64,000 nucleotides of DNA from a virus, in the IMG/VR virus record IMGVR_UViG_3300045988_105534; one strand, written 5' to 3'. The notes under the pieces were generated by a model that did not search any database, was not told the DNA's origin, and saw only the letters and a program-made list of their open reading frames with translations. Both the position numbers and the translations under genes were made by a program. This document shows positions 18,828 through 26,870 of the stretch, in pieces. How positions within the stretch are numbered: position 1 is the first letter of the stretch; each line of letters starts with the position of its first letter.

Positions 18828-19553
18828 ATGAGTAACACAGGATGGATTAAACTCCATCGGAAAATTACAGATCATTGGCTATGGGAAGACAAACCATTTG
18901 CCAGAGGACAAGCAATGATTGACTTACTGATTCTCGCAGGTTATAATGATCAACCTAAGTATGTTGATGGAAACTTAGAAACAGTCGAGCGAGGATCGGT
19001 AGTTACTTCGATCAGAAGATTGTGTGATCGATGGGGGTGGAGCAATTCAAAAGTTGTCAAATTTTTAAAAATACTAGAAAACGACAGTATTATATATGTA
19101 AAAAGCGACACTAGAAAGACAGTCATAACTATAGTAAATTACAGTGTTTATCAAGGTTTTGTAGATGAAAAAACTACACAGAAACGACACCAAAACGACG
19201 CAGAAGCGACACATAAAAAGAAAGTAAAGAATAATAATAAATATAATAATAATAATAATATAAAGCGATTCACACCGCCTGATTGCGAGCAAGTCTCCAG
19301 ATATTGTCAACAAAGAAACAATGGGATTGATCCAGAAGAGTTTGTGGATTATTACACAGCCAAAGATTGGATGATGGGCAATAGCAAGATGCAAGACTGG
19401 AAGGCAGCAGTACGAAACTGGGAACGAAATCAGGCTAAGAAGAACGCTAAACAAAAGCCAAAGGTAACGAACCTTGCACACTTGGAATGTGATCGTGATT
19501 ATGATTTTGGTGCGTTGGAAAGACAGTTGTTTGAGAAGCAGATGACAGGATAA
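18828..19553 (+). CDS. DnaD-like / phage replisome organiser N-terminal domain protein
   Basis: WIKLHRKITDHWLWEDKPFARGQAMIDLLILAGYND matches Phage_rep_org_N-type motifs; the C-terminal part resembles a DnaD-like domain. Confidence 0.55.
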   Translation: MSNTGWIKLHRKITDHWLWEDKPFARGQAMIDLLILAGYNDQPKYVDGNLETVERGSVVTSIRRLCDRWGWSNSKVVKFLKILENDSIIYVKSDTRKTVITIVNYSVYQGFVDEKTTQKRHQNDAEATHKKKVKNNNKYNNNNNIKRFTPPDCEQVSRYCQQRNNGIDPEEFVDYYTAKDWMMGNSKMQDWKAAVRNWERNQAKKNAKQKPKVTNLAHLECDRDYDFGALERQLFEKQMTG

Positions 19554-19731
19554 ACCTGTATGACGAATGATGATAATTGCAAATTGAATAATGGCAATTT
19601 TGAGAAGCTTATGGGCTTCTTTTTATTTTACCTAAATTTAGAGAATGGGAGTGAGAATTATGGAATTAATCGAAGTAGAAATTAGACCAGAAGTACGTGA
19701 ACAGTGCAATAATTAGAGAGGAGAGATTATC

Positions 19732-20682
19732 ATGGCAGCAACACAGTTTGAAGTTATTGAAACAGTAAACAATAATAACGCAGAAGAATCTGAAACAAAG
19801 ATTAAAAGACGCAAGGACGGAAGTCCTAAATGGACTCGATCTAACAAACGGAAAGGCGTATCATCTTTAGTGTATCCGATTAAGAACAGAGAAAAATTTG
19901 CAGCCTTTAATGCATATTTTAGAGATCAGATTGATAAATCATATACAGAGTACAAACGATATGTAGCTGCTAGAAATAATCTTTTGGTTGCAGTTGGAAA
20001 TAATACAGCGTATCGTATTTCTGATATTGTTAGACTTAAATGGGGTGATTTATTAGACGATAAGACTCGTAAGCAGGAAAAGAAAACAAAGAAATTCAGA
20101 ACTGTATACTTTAACGATTTGGTAACTGAAGCAGTGGATATTTTCTTTGAAGCTGTTGCAGGAACTAAATATGATGTCAAGATTGATGGCAAAGTGCCAA
20201 TGGATGATTATGTTTTCGGAACATGTAAGTCTGGATCAGGGCATATGACTGAAGCAAATGCTTTGGATTTTGTTAAAAAAGGTGCTAAGGCAGTTGGAAT
20301 TGAGGATAACATTGGTACACATACATTGCGAAAAAACTTTGTATACTGGACACTTGTTGATCATAAGGATGATCAGAATGTATTGTATACACTTATGAGA
20401 TTACTGAATCATAGTAGTCCTGCAATGACGTTTTTATATGCTACAATTACAGAAGAGGAAACACATGTATTGTTCGATGATATTGCTCAGACGTATAAGG
20501 ATATTATCAGCGGAGTATTTAACGGATTAAAGGAAAATGTTATTAATGTGAGTTATGATAGAGTAATAGAGATTATCAAGTGTGCTTATGAGACAGGGAA
20601 AGATGATGCAGATAAAGATGATGGAGTACATGAGGATAATATGCAAGCATTAAAAGAATTACTGGAAGGAGTTATTTTATGA
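19732..20682 (+). CDS. Tyrosine site-specific recombinase (small integrase/Xer-like)
   Basis: Arg box AYRISDIVRLKWGDL; HxxR in GTHTLRKNFVYW; His-Tyr box LLNHSSPAMTFLYAT. Confidence 0.7.
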   Translation: MAATQFEVIETVNNNNAEESETKIKRRKDGSPKWTRSNKRKGVSSLVYPIKNREKFAAFNAYFRDQIDKSYTEYKRYVAARNNLLVAVGNNTAYRISDIVRLKWGDLLDDKTRKQEKKTKKFRTVYFNDLVTEAVDIFFEAVAGTKYDVKIDGKVPMDDYVFGTCKSGSGHMTEANALDFVKKGAKAVGIEDNIGTHTLRKNFVYWTLVDHKDDQNVLYTLMRLLNHSSPAMTFLYATITEEETHVLFDDIAQTYKDIISGVFNGLKENVINVSYDRVIEIIKCAYETGKDDADKDDGVHEDNMQALKELLEGVIL

Positions 20683-21425
20683 TATTTGTAACAGGAGATA
20701 CGCATGGGGATTGGATGACTCGATTAAACAGTCATTCTTTTCCTGAAGGCGTAGGGTTGACTAAAGATGATTATGTAATCATTTGTGGAGATTTTGGATT
20801 ATGGCATGACACAAAAGAAGAACGACATAATCTGAAATGGTTGGACAACAAACCATTTACTACTTTGTTTGTATGTGGGAACCATGAGAATTATGATAGG
20901 CTGTACGAATATCCTGTAGAGAAATGGTGTGGAGGAAAGATTCATAAGATTTGTAGCTCTGTTTTTCATCTCATGCGAGGACAGGTATTTGATGTCCATG
21001 GAAAGAGATTCTTTACGTTTGGTGGAGCTAGTTCTCACGATGTTCAGGATGGGATTTTAGAGCAAGACGATCCAAGAATTAATGAGTGGTATCGTGATTA
21101 TGACAAAATGTTTAGGATCAATCATACGTCATGGTGGAAAGAGGAGTTGCCTTCAGAAGAAGAAATGACAGAAGGTATGATGAATCTGGAGCAGAATGGA
21201 TCGCAAGTGGATTATATAATTACACATAGTCCATACACATCTGCATTACGTCAAATGGATCAAGGATCAGGAGTGTACAAAACAGATATATTGACGGATT
21301 ATTTGCAAGAGATTAAAGAATCTGTCGAATATAAAAAGTGGTTCTTTGGGCATATGCATGTTAATCAGAACTTTCCAGAAGATAACGCAATTGCAATTTA
21401 CGAACAGATCATTAGGATTTTATAG
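20679..21425 (+). CDS. Calcineurin-like metallophosphoesterase (lambda-phosphatase-like)
   Basis: GDTHGD, CGDFGLWH and GNHEN motifs in canonical order. Confidence 0.75.
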   Translation: MIFVTGDTHGDWMTRLNSHSFPEGVGLTKDDYVIICGDFGLWHDTKEERHNLKWLDNKPFTTLFVCGNHENYDRLYEYPVEKWCGGKIHKICSSVFHLMRGQVFDVHGKRFFTFGGASSHDVQDGILEQDDPRINEWYRDYDKMFRINHTSWWKEELPSEEEMTEGMMNLEQNGSQVDYIITHSPYTSALRQMDQGSGVYKTDILTDYLQEIKESVEYKKWFFGHMHVNQNFPEDNAIAIYEQIIRIL

Positions 21426-21436
21426 GAGAATTTTGT

Positions 21437-21757
21437 ATGAAGATAAATACGATTAGACAAAATAAGGAAGAAAAGAAAGCAAACCAGAATCTTATGTGGA
21501 TTTCAGCAGAGATTCCACCGCTAAAACCAGATAATGCATCACGTTATATGAGATATAAAACATATCCTGTTATCGTGGATTACCAATATAATGATGGATG
21601 TGTGGGCGAAGTGCTTGATTTCTGTGACTATGATTTTGAAGAAAAGAAATGGAAACTGGATAATCCGCATAAAGTTAGACAGTATTTCCCACTTCCAAGT
21701 AAGCACAAAGTAAAGTGTTCGAACAAAAAGAGAACACTTGTTCGAAAAATATCTTGA
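21437..21757 (+). CDS. Hypothetical protein (106 aa)
   Basis: TAGGAGAA Shine-Dalgarno. Confidence 0.55.
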   Translation: MKINTIRQNKEEKKANQNLMWISAEIPPLKPDNASRYMRYKTYPVIVDYQYNDGCVGEVLDFCDYDFEEKKWKLDNPHKVRQYFPLPSKHKVKCSNKKRTLVRKIS

Positions 21758-21829
21758 TTTTGTTCTATGGTAGCATTATAATAAGAAATGTAGAGATTCT
21801 TTGTTCACAATAAAAATTAACTTTCTTTC

Positions 21830-21867
21830 TTGCACCTATTGACAGGGTGCAAAAAGTATGGTATATT
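21830..21867 (+). promoter_or_regulatory. Operator-flanked sigma70 promoter (copy 1): TTGCACC-N-TTGACA-GGGTGCAA ... TATATT
   Basis: TTGACA at 21839-44, 17-nt spacer, TATATT at 21862-67. A 7-bp inverted repeat TTGCACC/GGTGCAA brackets the -35. Near-identical to 63789-63826. Confidence 0.6.
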
Positions 21868-21917
21868 TAATTCATGAAAATAAAAAATACAACTGGGGAA
21901 AGTTGAGGGACGTAAAA

Positions 21918-22367
21918 ATGAACGGATATACTAACAAAGAAAGAAAAGGAAACGATAACAGAAAAAGAAAAGAATATGTATATGGCAAATATCAAAATCC
22001 TCAAGTTTGGGGAATATATTTTGCAGATTTGCCGAAAATTGAAGGTAGTCACATCTTGCATGGGAAAAGACCAGTCATCGTATATTCTAATAATATTTGT
22101 AATAATACGAGCACAGAGATCAACGTGTATCCAATTACAAAAAAATTAAGGAACTGGATACCGACACATGTAACCATTTATCCAAATACCAGTAATGGAT
22201 TAAAAATGGTATCACAGGTGTATTTAGAGCAAGGAAGAACAATTCCAAAGAATAATCTTTTAGAGTATTGGGGAAGAATATCTGATCTATCTTTAATGTT
22301 AAAAATAGGACATGGCATTTTAATACAAAACGGCATGTTATCGTACATGAATGCAATGGCATCCTAG
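21918..22367 (+). CDS. MazF/PemK-like endoribonuclease toxin-fold protein with a basic N-terminal extension
   Basis: GIYFADLPKIEGSHILHGKRPVIVYSN and VYPITKK...TSNGL...LEQGRTI match PemK motifs. Start moved to the ATG with a GAGGGA Shine-Dalgarno, downstream of the promoter. Confidence 0.55.
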   Translation: MNGYTNKERKGNDNRKRKEYVYGKYQNPQVWGIYFADLPKIEGSHILHGKRPVIVYSNNICNNTSTEINVYPITKKLRNWIPTHVTIYPNTSNGLKMVSQVYLEQGRTIPKNNLLEYWGRISDLSLMLKIGHGILIQNGMLSYMNAMAS

Positions 22368-22381
22368 AAATGGAGAATATT

Positions 22382-23398
22382 ATGAATAATAAAGAATTGA
22401 TACAAAATTATATAGATTCTTACGTATCAGAATCACGTCGCCCAACATGGAATTGGTTATTAGATTCTGATATTGCGGACGACAATGAATCTGGGTTAAC
22501 GTATGCACCAGGTACAATCCAAGAGGCTATATTATCAGATACTAGAGGTAAAAAAACCAAAAGTATGAATTCTATTAAAAAAAGATATGACCAGCTTGTT
22601 AAACTATATACTTATGCATATGAACAAAATTACATTAAATATAATCCATTTGTTAATGATAAATTTATAAACTTGCAATTAGCAGTTGATATATATTTTT
22701 CAAATAGAGTTAACGTTAATTATGTTACACCAGATAAAATAAATGCGTTTATTTCGAATCTGATGTCGTGCAATGCATCAGCCGATACCAAATTGAATAC
22801 TAGATTTCACATTGTGAGTTTATATAATGGGATAAATGGAAAGGAGTTAAGAAATCTAAAATTCTCAGATATTAATCAAAATGATTTGACAATTTTTGGG
22901 AAACCAGTCTCCAAAGATTTTATCGAGACATTGAATGAATATAAATTGAAAATGGGAGATACGAATATATATGATGATTTTGTATTAATACCACGAAAAA
23001 AATGTAATAATATAGAAGAATATCAAGCAGAGCAAAAGAGGATATATAATAATGTGCAGTCTCAATTAGAATTAACTGGTAACACTTTATCTTATGAGAA
23101 ATTGACAACCATTGATGTTATTAATTCTGGTTTTATACAATATTTAAAATCTAAAATGGATATCAAGGCAATTGCAGATTTATATTATATTAAATCAAAA
23201 GAAGGAATCGCACGATCTTTAATCGCACGTCAATTTAGTGAAATTGCAATTGAATTTTATTATAATTATTATATATCATATAGATTAAAAAAGAAACAAT
23301 TTAGTGATCGTCAAACTGTAATTGGTAAAACTATTGGTTATCTATATAAAGATGAGGACTATAAGAATTATCGTGTACATCAAATTATGACAGAATAA
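22382..23398 (+). CDS. Hypothetical protein (338 aa)
   Basis: Long ORF with a weak Shine-Dalgarno (GGAGAA); no motif recognised. Confidence 0.5.
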   Translation: MNNKELIQNYIDSYVSESRRPTWNWLLDSDIADDNESGLTYAPGTIQEAILSDTRGKKTKSMNSIKKRYDQLVKLYTYAYEQNYIKYNPFVNDKFINLQLAVDIYFSNRVNVNYVTPDKINAFISNLMSCNASADTKLNTRFHIVSLYNGINGKELRNLKFSDINQNDLTIFGKPVSKDFIETLNEYKLKMGDTNIYDDFVLIPRKKCNNIEEYQAEQKRIYNNVQSQLELTGNTLSYEKLTTIDVINSGFIQYLKSKMDIKAIADLYYIKSKEGIARSLIARQFSEIAIEFYYNYYISYRLKKKQFSDRQTVIGKTIGYLYKDEDYKNYRVHQIMTE

Positions 23399-23412
23399 AG
23401 GAAGGTATATGT

Positions 23413-23778
23413 ATGGACAATCAAATATTAAAAACATTGGTAGCGAATCAATCAAATCAAATGCATATTGATGTACTTGATTTACACTCATCAGAAATGT
23501 CATCATGGTTTCTGAGTGAATATAAGATTCGAGCAGATGATAGAAAGATAAAGATCTATGGCAAAGATAAAGATCTTTCATATCATTGGATCGAATTTAT
23601 TCAAGATGAGAATTTGTTTTCTCATATTAAGCAGGACGACATATTTGACATAATCAAATGCCTGCAATTTACATACAAAGAGAGATACAATGTTGGCATA
23701 AAAATACAGACAATAAAAAAGAAAGCAGAAGTCTTTGATAAAACTTCTACTTTCACACAAACTAAAAATTTCAACTAA
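23413..23778 (+). CDS. Hypothetical protein (121 aa)
   Basis: AAGGAAGG Shine-Dalgarno. Confidence 0.6.
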   Translation: MDNQILKTLVANQSNQMHIDVLDLHSSEMSSWFLSEYKIRADDRKIKIYGKDKDLSYHWIEFIQDENLFSHIKQDDIFDIIKCLQFTYKERYNVGIKIQTIKKKAEVFDKTSTFTQTKNFN

Positions 23779-23852
23779 ACAAATCATAGATAACAAAAAA
23801 AGATTTTTTGAATCTACCGTGTTGGCAGCACGATAGAAAATCGAATTTGATA

Positions 23853-23929
23853 TTTAGAATTGTTTAATCTGAAAGGATAATAATATCCTTAAAATCATTA
23901 TAACAATTCTAAACATGTTCGTCAACATG
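23853..23929. repeat. Nested palindromes in an intergenic region
   Basis: 12-bp perfect inverted repeat TTTAGAATTGTT / AACAATTCTAAA encloses the hairpin AAGGATA-ataat-TATCCTT. A CATGTT-cgtc-AACATG palindrome follows immediately. Confidence 0.6.
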
Positions 23930-23971
23930 AAAATTTTTCCAAAAAACTACAATTAAATATAGGAGTGATGT

Positions 23972-24622
23972 ATGAAATACATAATTACGAATGAAGAGTT
24001 CTATGTAAAAAGAGATCATGCAAGAAATAGATACGTTCGTGATAATCGTAAGTCTGAAGCTACTCAGTTTACCTCCAAGCAAGCAAAGCACATTTTAGGT
24101 TTGAAGCATAAATATACGTGGATGAAAGACGGATTTCATGCCAGAGAAATTGAGCTAGGTAAAGTTGGAAAACCTATGGAATCTAGTGAAATAATGCGTA
24201 AAGGTAATGGAAATTGCTTTATGGATTGGAAATGTGATAATACATTGATCGACAATATAGAGACTGAGGAAAGAGCTATAGTAGGACTTCTAGCATATGA
24301 CTCAGATCAATTAGGAGAAAAGAAGTTTGAATTAGAGCAGGCATTATCATATGCCGATTCTGCTAGAAGTGATATTCTTCATGCGATTGAGTTTAAAAAG
24401 ATTGATGCTGCGAAACGTGCAGTGATTGTTGGGTATCTTAAAACCTTACAGGAATTACACAGAAAGATCAAGAATTGTATTCGATACATAGAAGTGATGC
24501 AGAATTGCATGGATAATCAGAAAGATATATGCACTTTGAAGAAAGAATTAAAAGATTCAGAACATAAGTCGTATGTCGGTAGAACAAAGTATTATGAGCT
24601 GATCCAGAATATAATCGGGTAG
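23972..24622 (+). CDS. Hypothetical protein (216 aa)
   Basis: TAGGAGTGA Shine-Dalgarno. Confidence 0.6.
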   Translation: MKYIITNEEFYVKRDHARNRYVRDNRKSEATQFTSKQAKHILGLKHKYTWMKDGFHAREIELGKVGKPMESSEIMRKGNGNCFMDWKCDNTLIDNIETEERAIVGLLAYDSDQLGEKKFELEQALSYADSARSDILHAIEFKKIDAAKRAVIVGYLKTLQELHRKIKNCIRYIEVMQNCMDNQKDICTLKKELKDSEHKSYVGRTKYYELIQNIIG

Positions 24623-24705
24623 AGTTTCTTCCTTATTATATATGATGACTCGCACAGGCATTTGTGCAAAATTAAAATGTAAAATTATAACTTAGGAGGT
24701 ATTTA

Positions 24706-25530
24706 ATGACAGAAGAAAAGGATATTGTAAATGAAGGATTAAACACATTAGTATTTAGCAATGATAAATTTGGGAATATCCGCACAGCGGTCTTAGATAA
24801 TAATCCGTGGTTTGTTGGCAAAGATGTTGCTGAATGTTTAGAGTACAAAAATACAAAAGACGCTCTTGCAAGACATGTAGATGCCGAAGACAAACAATTA
24901 ATCCTAAGGTCGCAAATCACGACCTTAGAAAATGTACCAAACAGAGGACTCACATTTATTAATGAGTCAGGACTTTATGCATTAATCTTTGGAAGTAAGC
25001 TTGATAAGGCAAAAGAATTCAAGCATTGGGTAACATCAGAAGTTCTTCCGCAGATTCGTAAGACGGGCGGATATATTCCAATTGAAAAAGATGATGATGA
25101 TTTAACTATCATGGCGAAAGCATTGAATATTATGCAAAACACTTTGGAGCAAAAGGATGAACTATTAGCCCAGAAAGAAGAAGTTATCAGTAAACAGAAG
25201 CCACTTGTTGATTTTGCTAATACGGTCAGTGCCACACCAACAATGGTTGATATGAAAACAATGGCAAAGCTTCTTGAGAAAGAGAATCAAGATATTCATA
25301 TGGGCAGAAACAAATTATTTGCGTGGTTAAGAAAAGAAGGGTATCTCATGTCAGATAATACCCCATATGAAAGATATGTTAAGCAGGGCATTTTCAAATT
25401 AACAGAAAGTGAAGTTGAAACTAAGAATGGAAACAAGTTGATTACCAAAACATATGTGACTGGCAAAGGGCAATTATACTTGGCAAAGAAATTAGCACAA
25501 TACTTTGCCTCACAGAGTGCATCAGCTTAG
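24706..25530 (+). CDS. Phage antirepressor (Bro-N N-terminal domain, KilA-C-like C-terminal domain)
   Basis: LVFSNDKFGNIRTAVLDNNPWFVGKDVAECLEYKNTKDALARHVD...GLYALIF is a canonical Bro-N domain; TAGGAGGT Shine-Dalgarno. Confidence 0.8.
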   Translation: MTEEKDIVNEGLNTLVFSNDKFGNIRTAVLDNNPWFVGKDVAECLEYKNTKDALARHVDAEDKQLILRSQITTLENVPNRGLTFINESGLYALIFGSKLDKAKEFKHWVTSEVLPQIRKTGGYIPIEKDDDDLTIMAKALNIMQNTLEQKDELLAQKEEVISKQKPLVDFANTVSATPTMVDMKTMAKLLEKENQDIHMGRNKLFAWLRKEGYLMSDNTPYERYVKQGIFKLTESEVETKNGNKLITKTYVTGKGQLYLAKKLAQYFASQSASA

Positions 25531-25544
25531 AGAGGAGACAAAGA

Positions 25545-26849
25545 ATGGAAGAAAATAAAACGGGCGTTTGGGTGCAGACTAAAGGCAGATATAGGAAGAG
25601 ACTTGATAGTGATGATGAAATTCGTTTGAGCATTGGAGATTATATACAAGTATTTTCCGATGTTGATAATGTACTTTTCAAGGTAGTAAGTGTCGAATAT
25701 AACAGAAGTAGAGGATCGAGCTTTCAAAAACTTTTGCCTGTATGTAGTGTATTTGGGGAAGATGATAAAGCCATTGATCCAACAGCTACAGGGTTACATC
25801 GTTTAATATATACGAAAATAAATAGTAATAATAAGATGTGGTTTGATGGTGATTTATATAGGTATATTAATTGTGTTGTTCGAACTTCAGATGAACTACA
25901 GGTTGTGCTTATTCGTAAAACAATGAATGAAGATATTGAGATTCAGACAGGTACGATTTTAGCTGACGAAATAAAAATTGGCACATTAGCCCCACCACCA
26001 CTTTCAGAAAGAAGAGGTTCTTTCCTGCCATACTATCAGCAAAAACCAATTACTGCAACGTCAGAAGCAGCAAAGAATTTTAAAAAAGAATATTATGGAA
26101 CATTTGGAGCTGAACGTGAATTAAAGTCACAGATACCGACAACAGAACTGGGTCAGACGTTAAAAAAGATTTCTGACAGAATGGGCGACATAACGATTAG
26201 CGATTTAGGAGAAAGTCACATCGAATTTAAGGAGAAAGAAATGTATACAAAAAATCTAAAAGAAATGATTAAGAAACCGATTTATGTTGATAAGGAAATT
26301 ACTGTGAAGGAACCAATGTTAGATAACAATGGTAAACAAATCGAAAAAGATGGTAAGCCAGTGTTTAAAGTAAAACATTATCATGGAATGGTTAAAATTT
26401 TATGGGTTAGTGGAGCAGAAACTGTTGCGTATGTAGAAGGAAATGATGTATATGACAGAGAAAATGGCTTCAAAACCTGTGTATTAAAATACCTTTGCGG
26501 CAACGCAGGTGCTCATGATGCAGTTGACTTCTGGACAAATAAATATGTGAAATATCCAAGCAGCTGCATTGAAGTGACAGAAAACTTATGTAAATTAGAG
26601 AAGATTCTTGAAAAGGATAAGTATAGAAAAGATGATCAGAAAGGTTTACCTCATGCGAAGTTCTTAAGAAGAATAGCTGTAAATTGTATTGCTGAATTTT
26701 CAAGCGATAAATTGCACTATATGCCAAATGATTCCAAGCTTGCAAGTGAATTCAAAAAACTTGCTAAGAAATATTTTCCAGAACTTAAAGGTACAGAAAT
26801 TTATATCAATAATAATAAACAGGATGAAGTTTTTGTAGCAATTAAATAA
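25545..26849 (+). CDS. Hypothetical protein (434 aa)
   Basis: GAGAGGAGA Shine-Dalgarno. Confidence 0.6.
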   Translation: MEENKTGVWVQTKGRYRKRLDSDDEIRLSIGDYIQVFSDVDNVLFKVVSVEYNRSRGSSFQKLLPVCSVFGEDDKAIDPTATGLHRLIYTKINSNNKMWFDGDLYRYINCVVRTSDELQVVLIRKTMNEDIEIQTGTILADEIKIGTLAPPPLSERRGSFLPYYQQKPITATSEAAKNFKKEYYGTFGAERELKSQIPTTELGQTLKKISDRMGDITISDLGESHIEFKEKEMYTKNLKEMIKKPIYVDKEITVKEPMLDNNGKQIEKDGKPVFKVKHYHGMVKILWVSGAETVAYVEGNDVYDRENGFKTCVLKYLCGNAGAHDAVDFWTNKYVKYPSSCIEVTENLCKLEKILEKDKYRKDDQKGLPHAKFLRRIAVNCIAEFSSDKLHYMPNDSKLASEFKKLAKKYFPELKGTEIYINNNKQDEVFVAIK

Positions 26850-26870
26850 TACATGAAAAGGAGATAAATT

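Noticed and set aside
19074-19481. 135-aa minus-strand ORF inside the DnaD-like gene
   Set aside because: It is generated by an AAT/ATT repeat region (poly-Asn in the plus-strand gene). No ribosome-binding site. The plus-strand frame has a conserved domain.
19732-20682. attP core next to the tyrosine recombinase
   Set aside because: No tRNA-derived or duplicated core sequence was seen flanking the gene. The only tRNA is 13 kb away, so the integration-site assignment is left open.
21858-21917. Upstream ATG (track start 21858) for the MazF-like gene
   Set aside because: That ATG overlaps the -10 element of the consensus promoter and has no Shine-Dalgarno. The ATG at 21918 has GAGGGA at ideal spacing.
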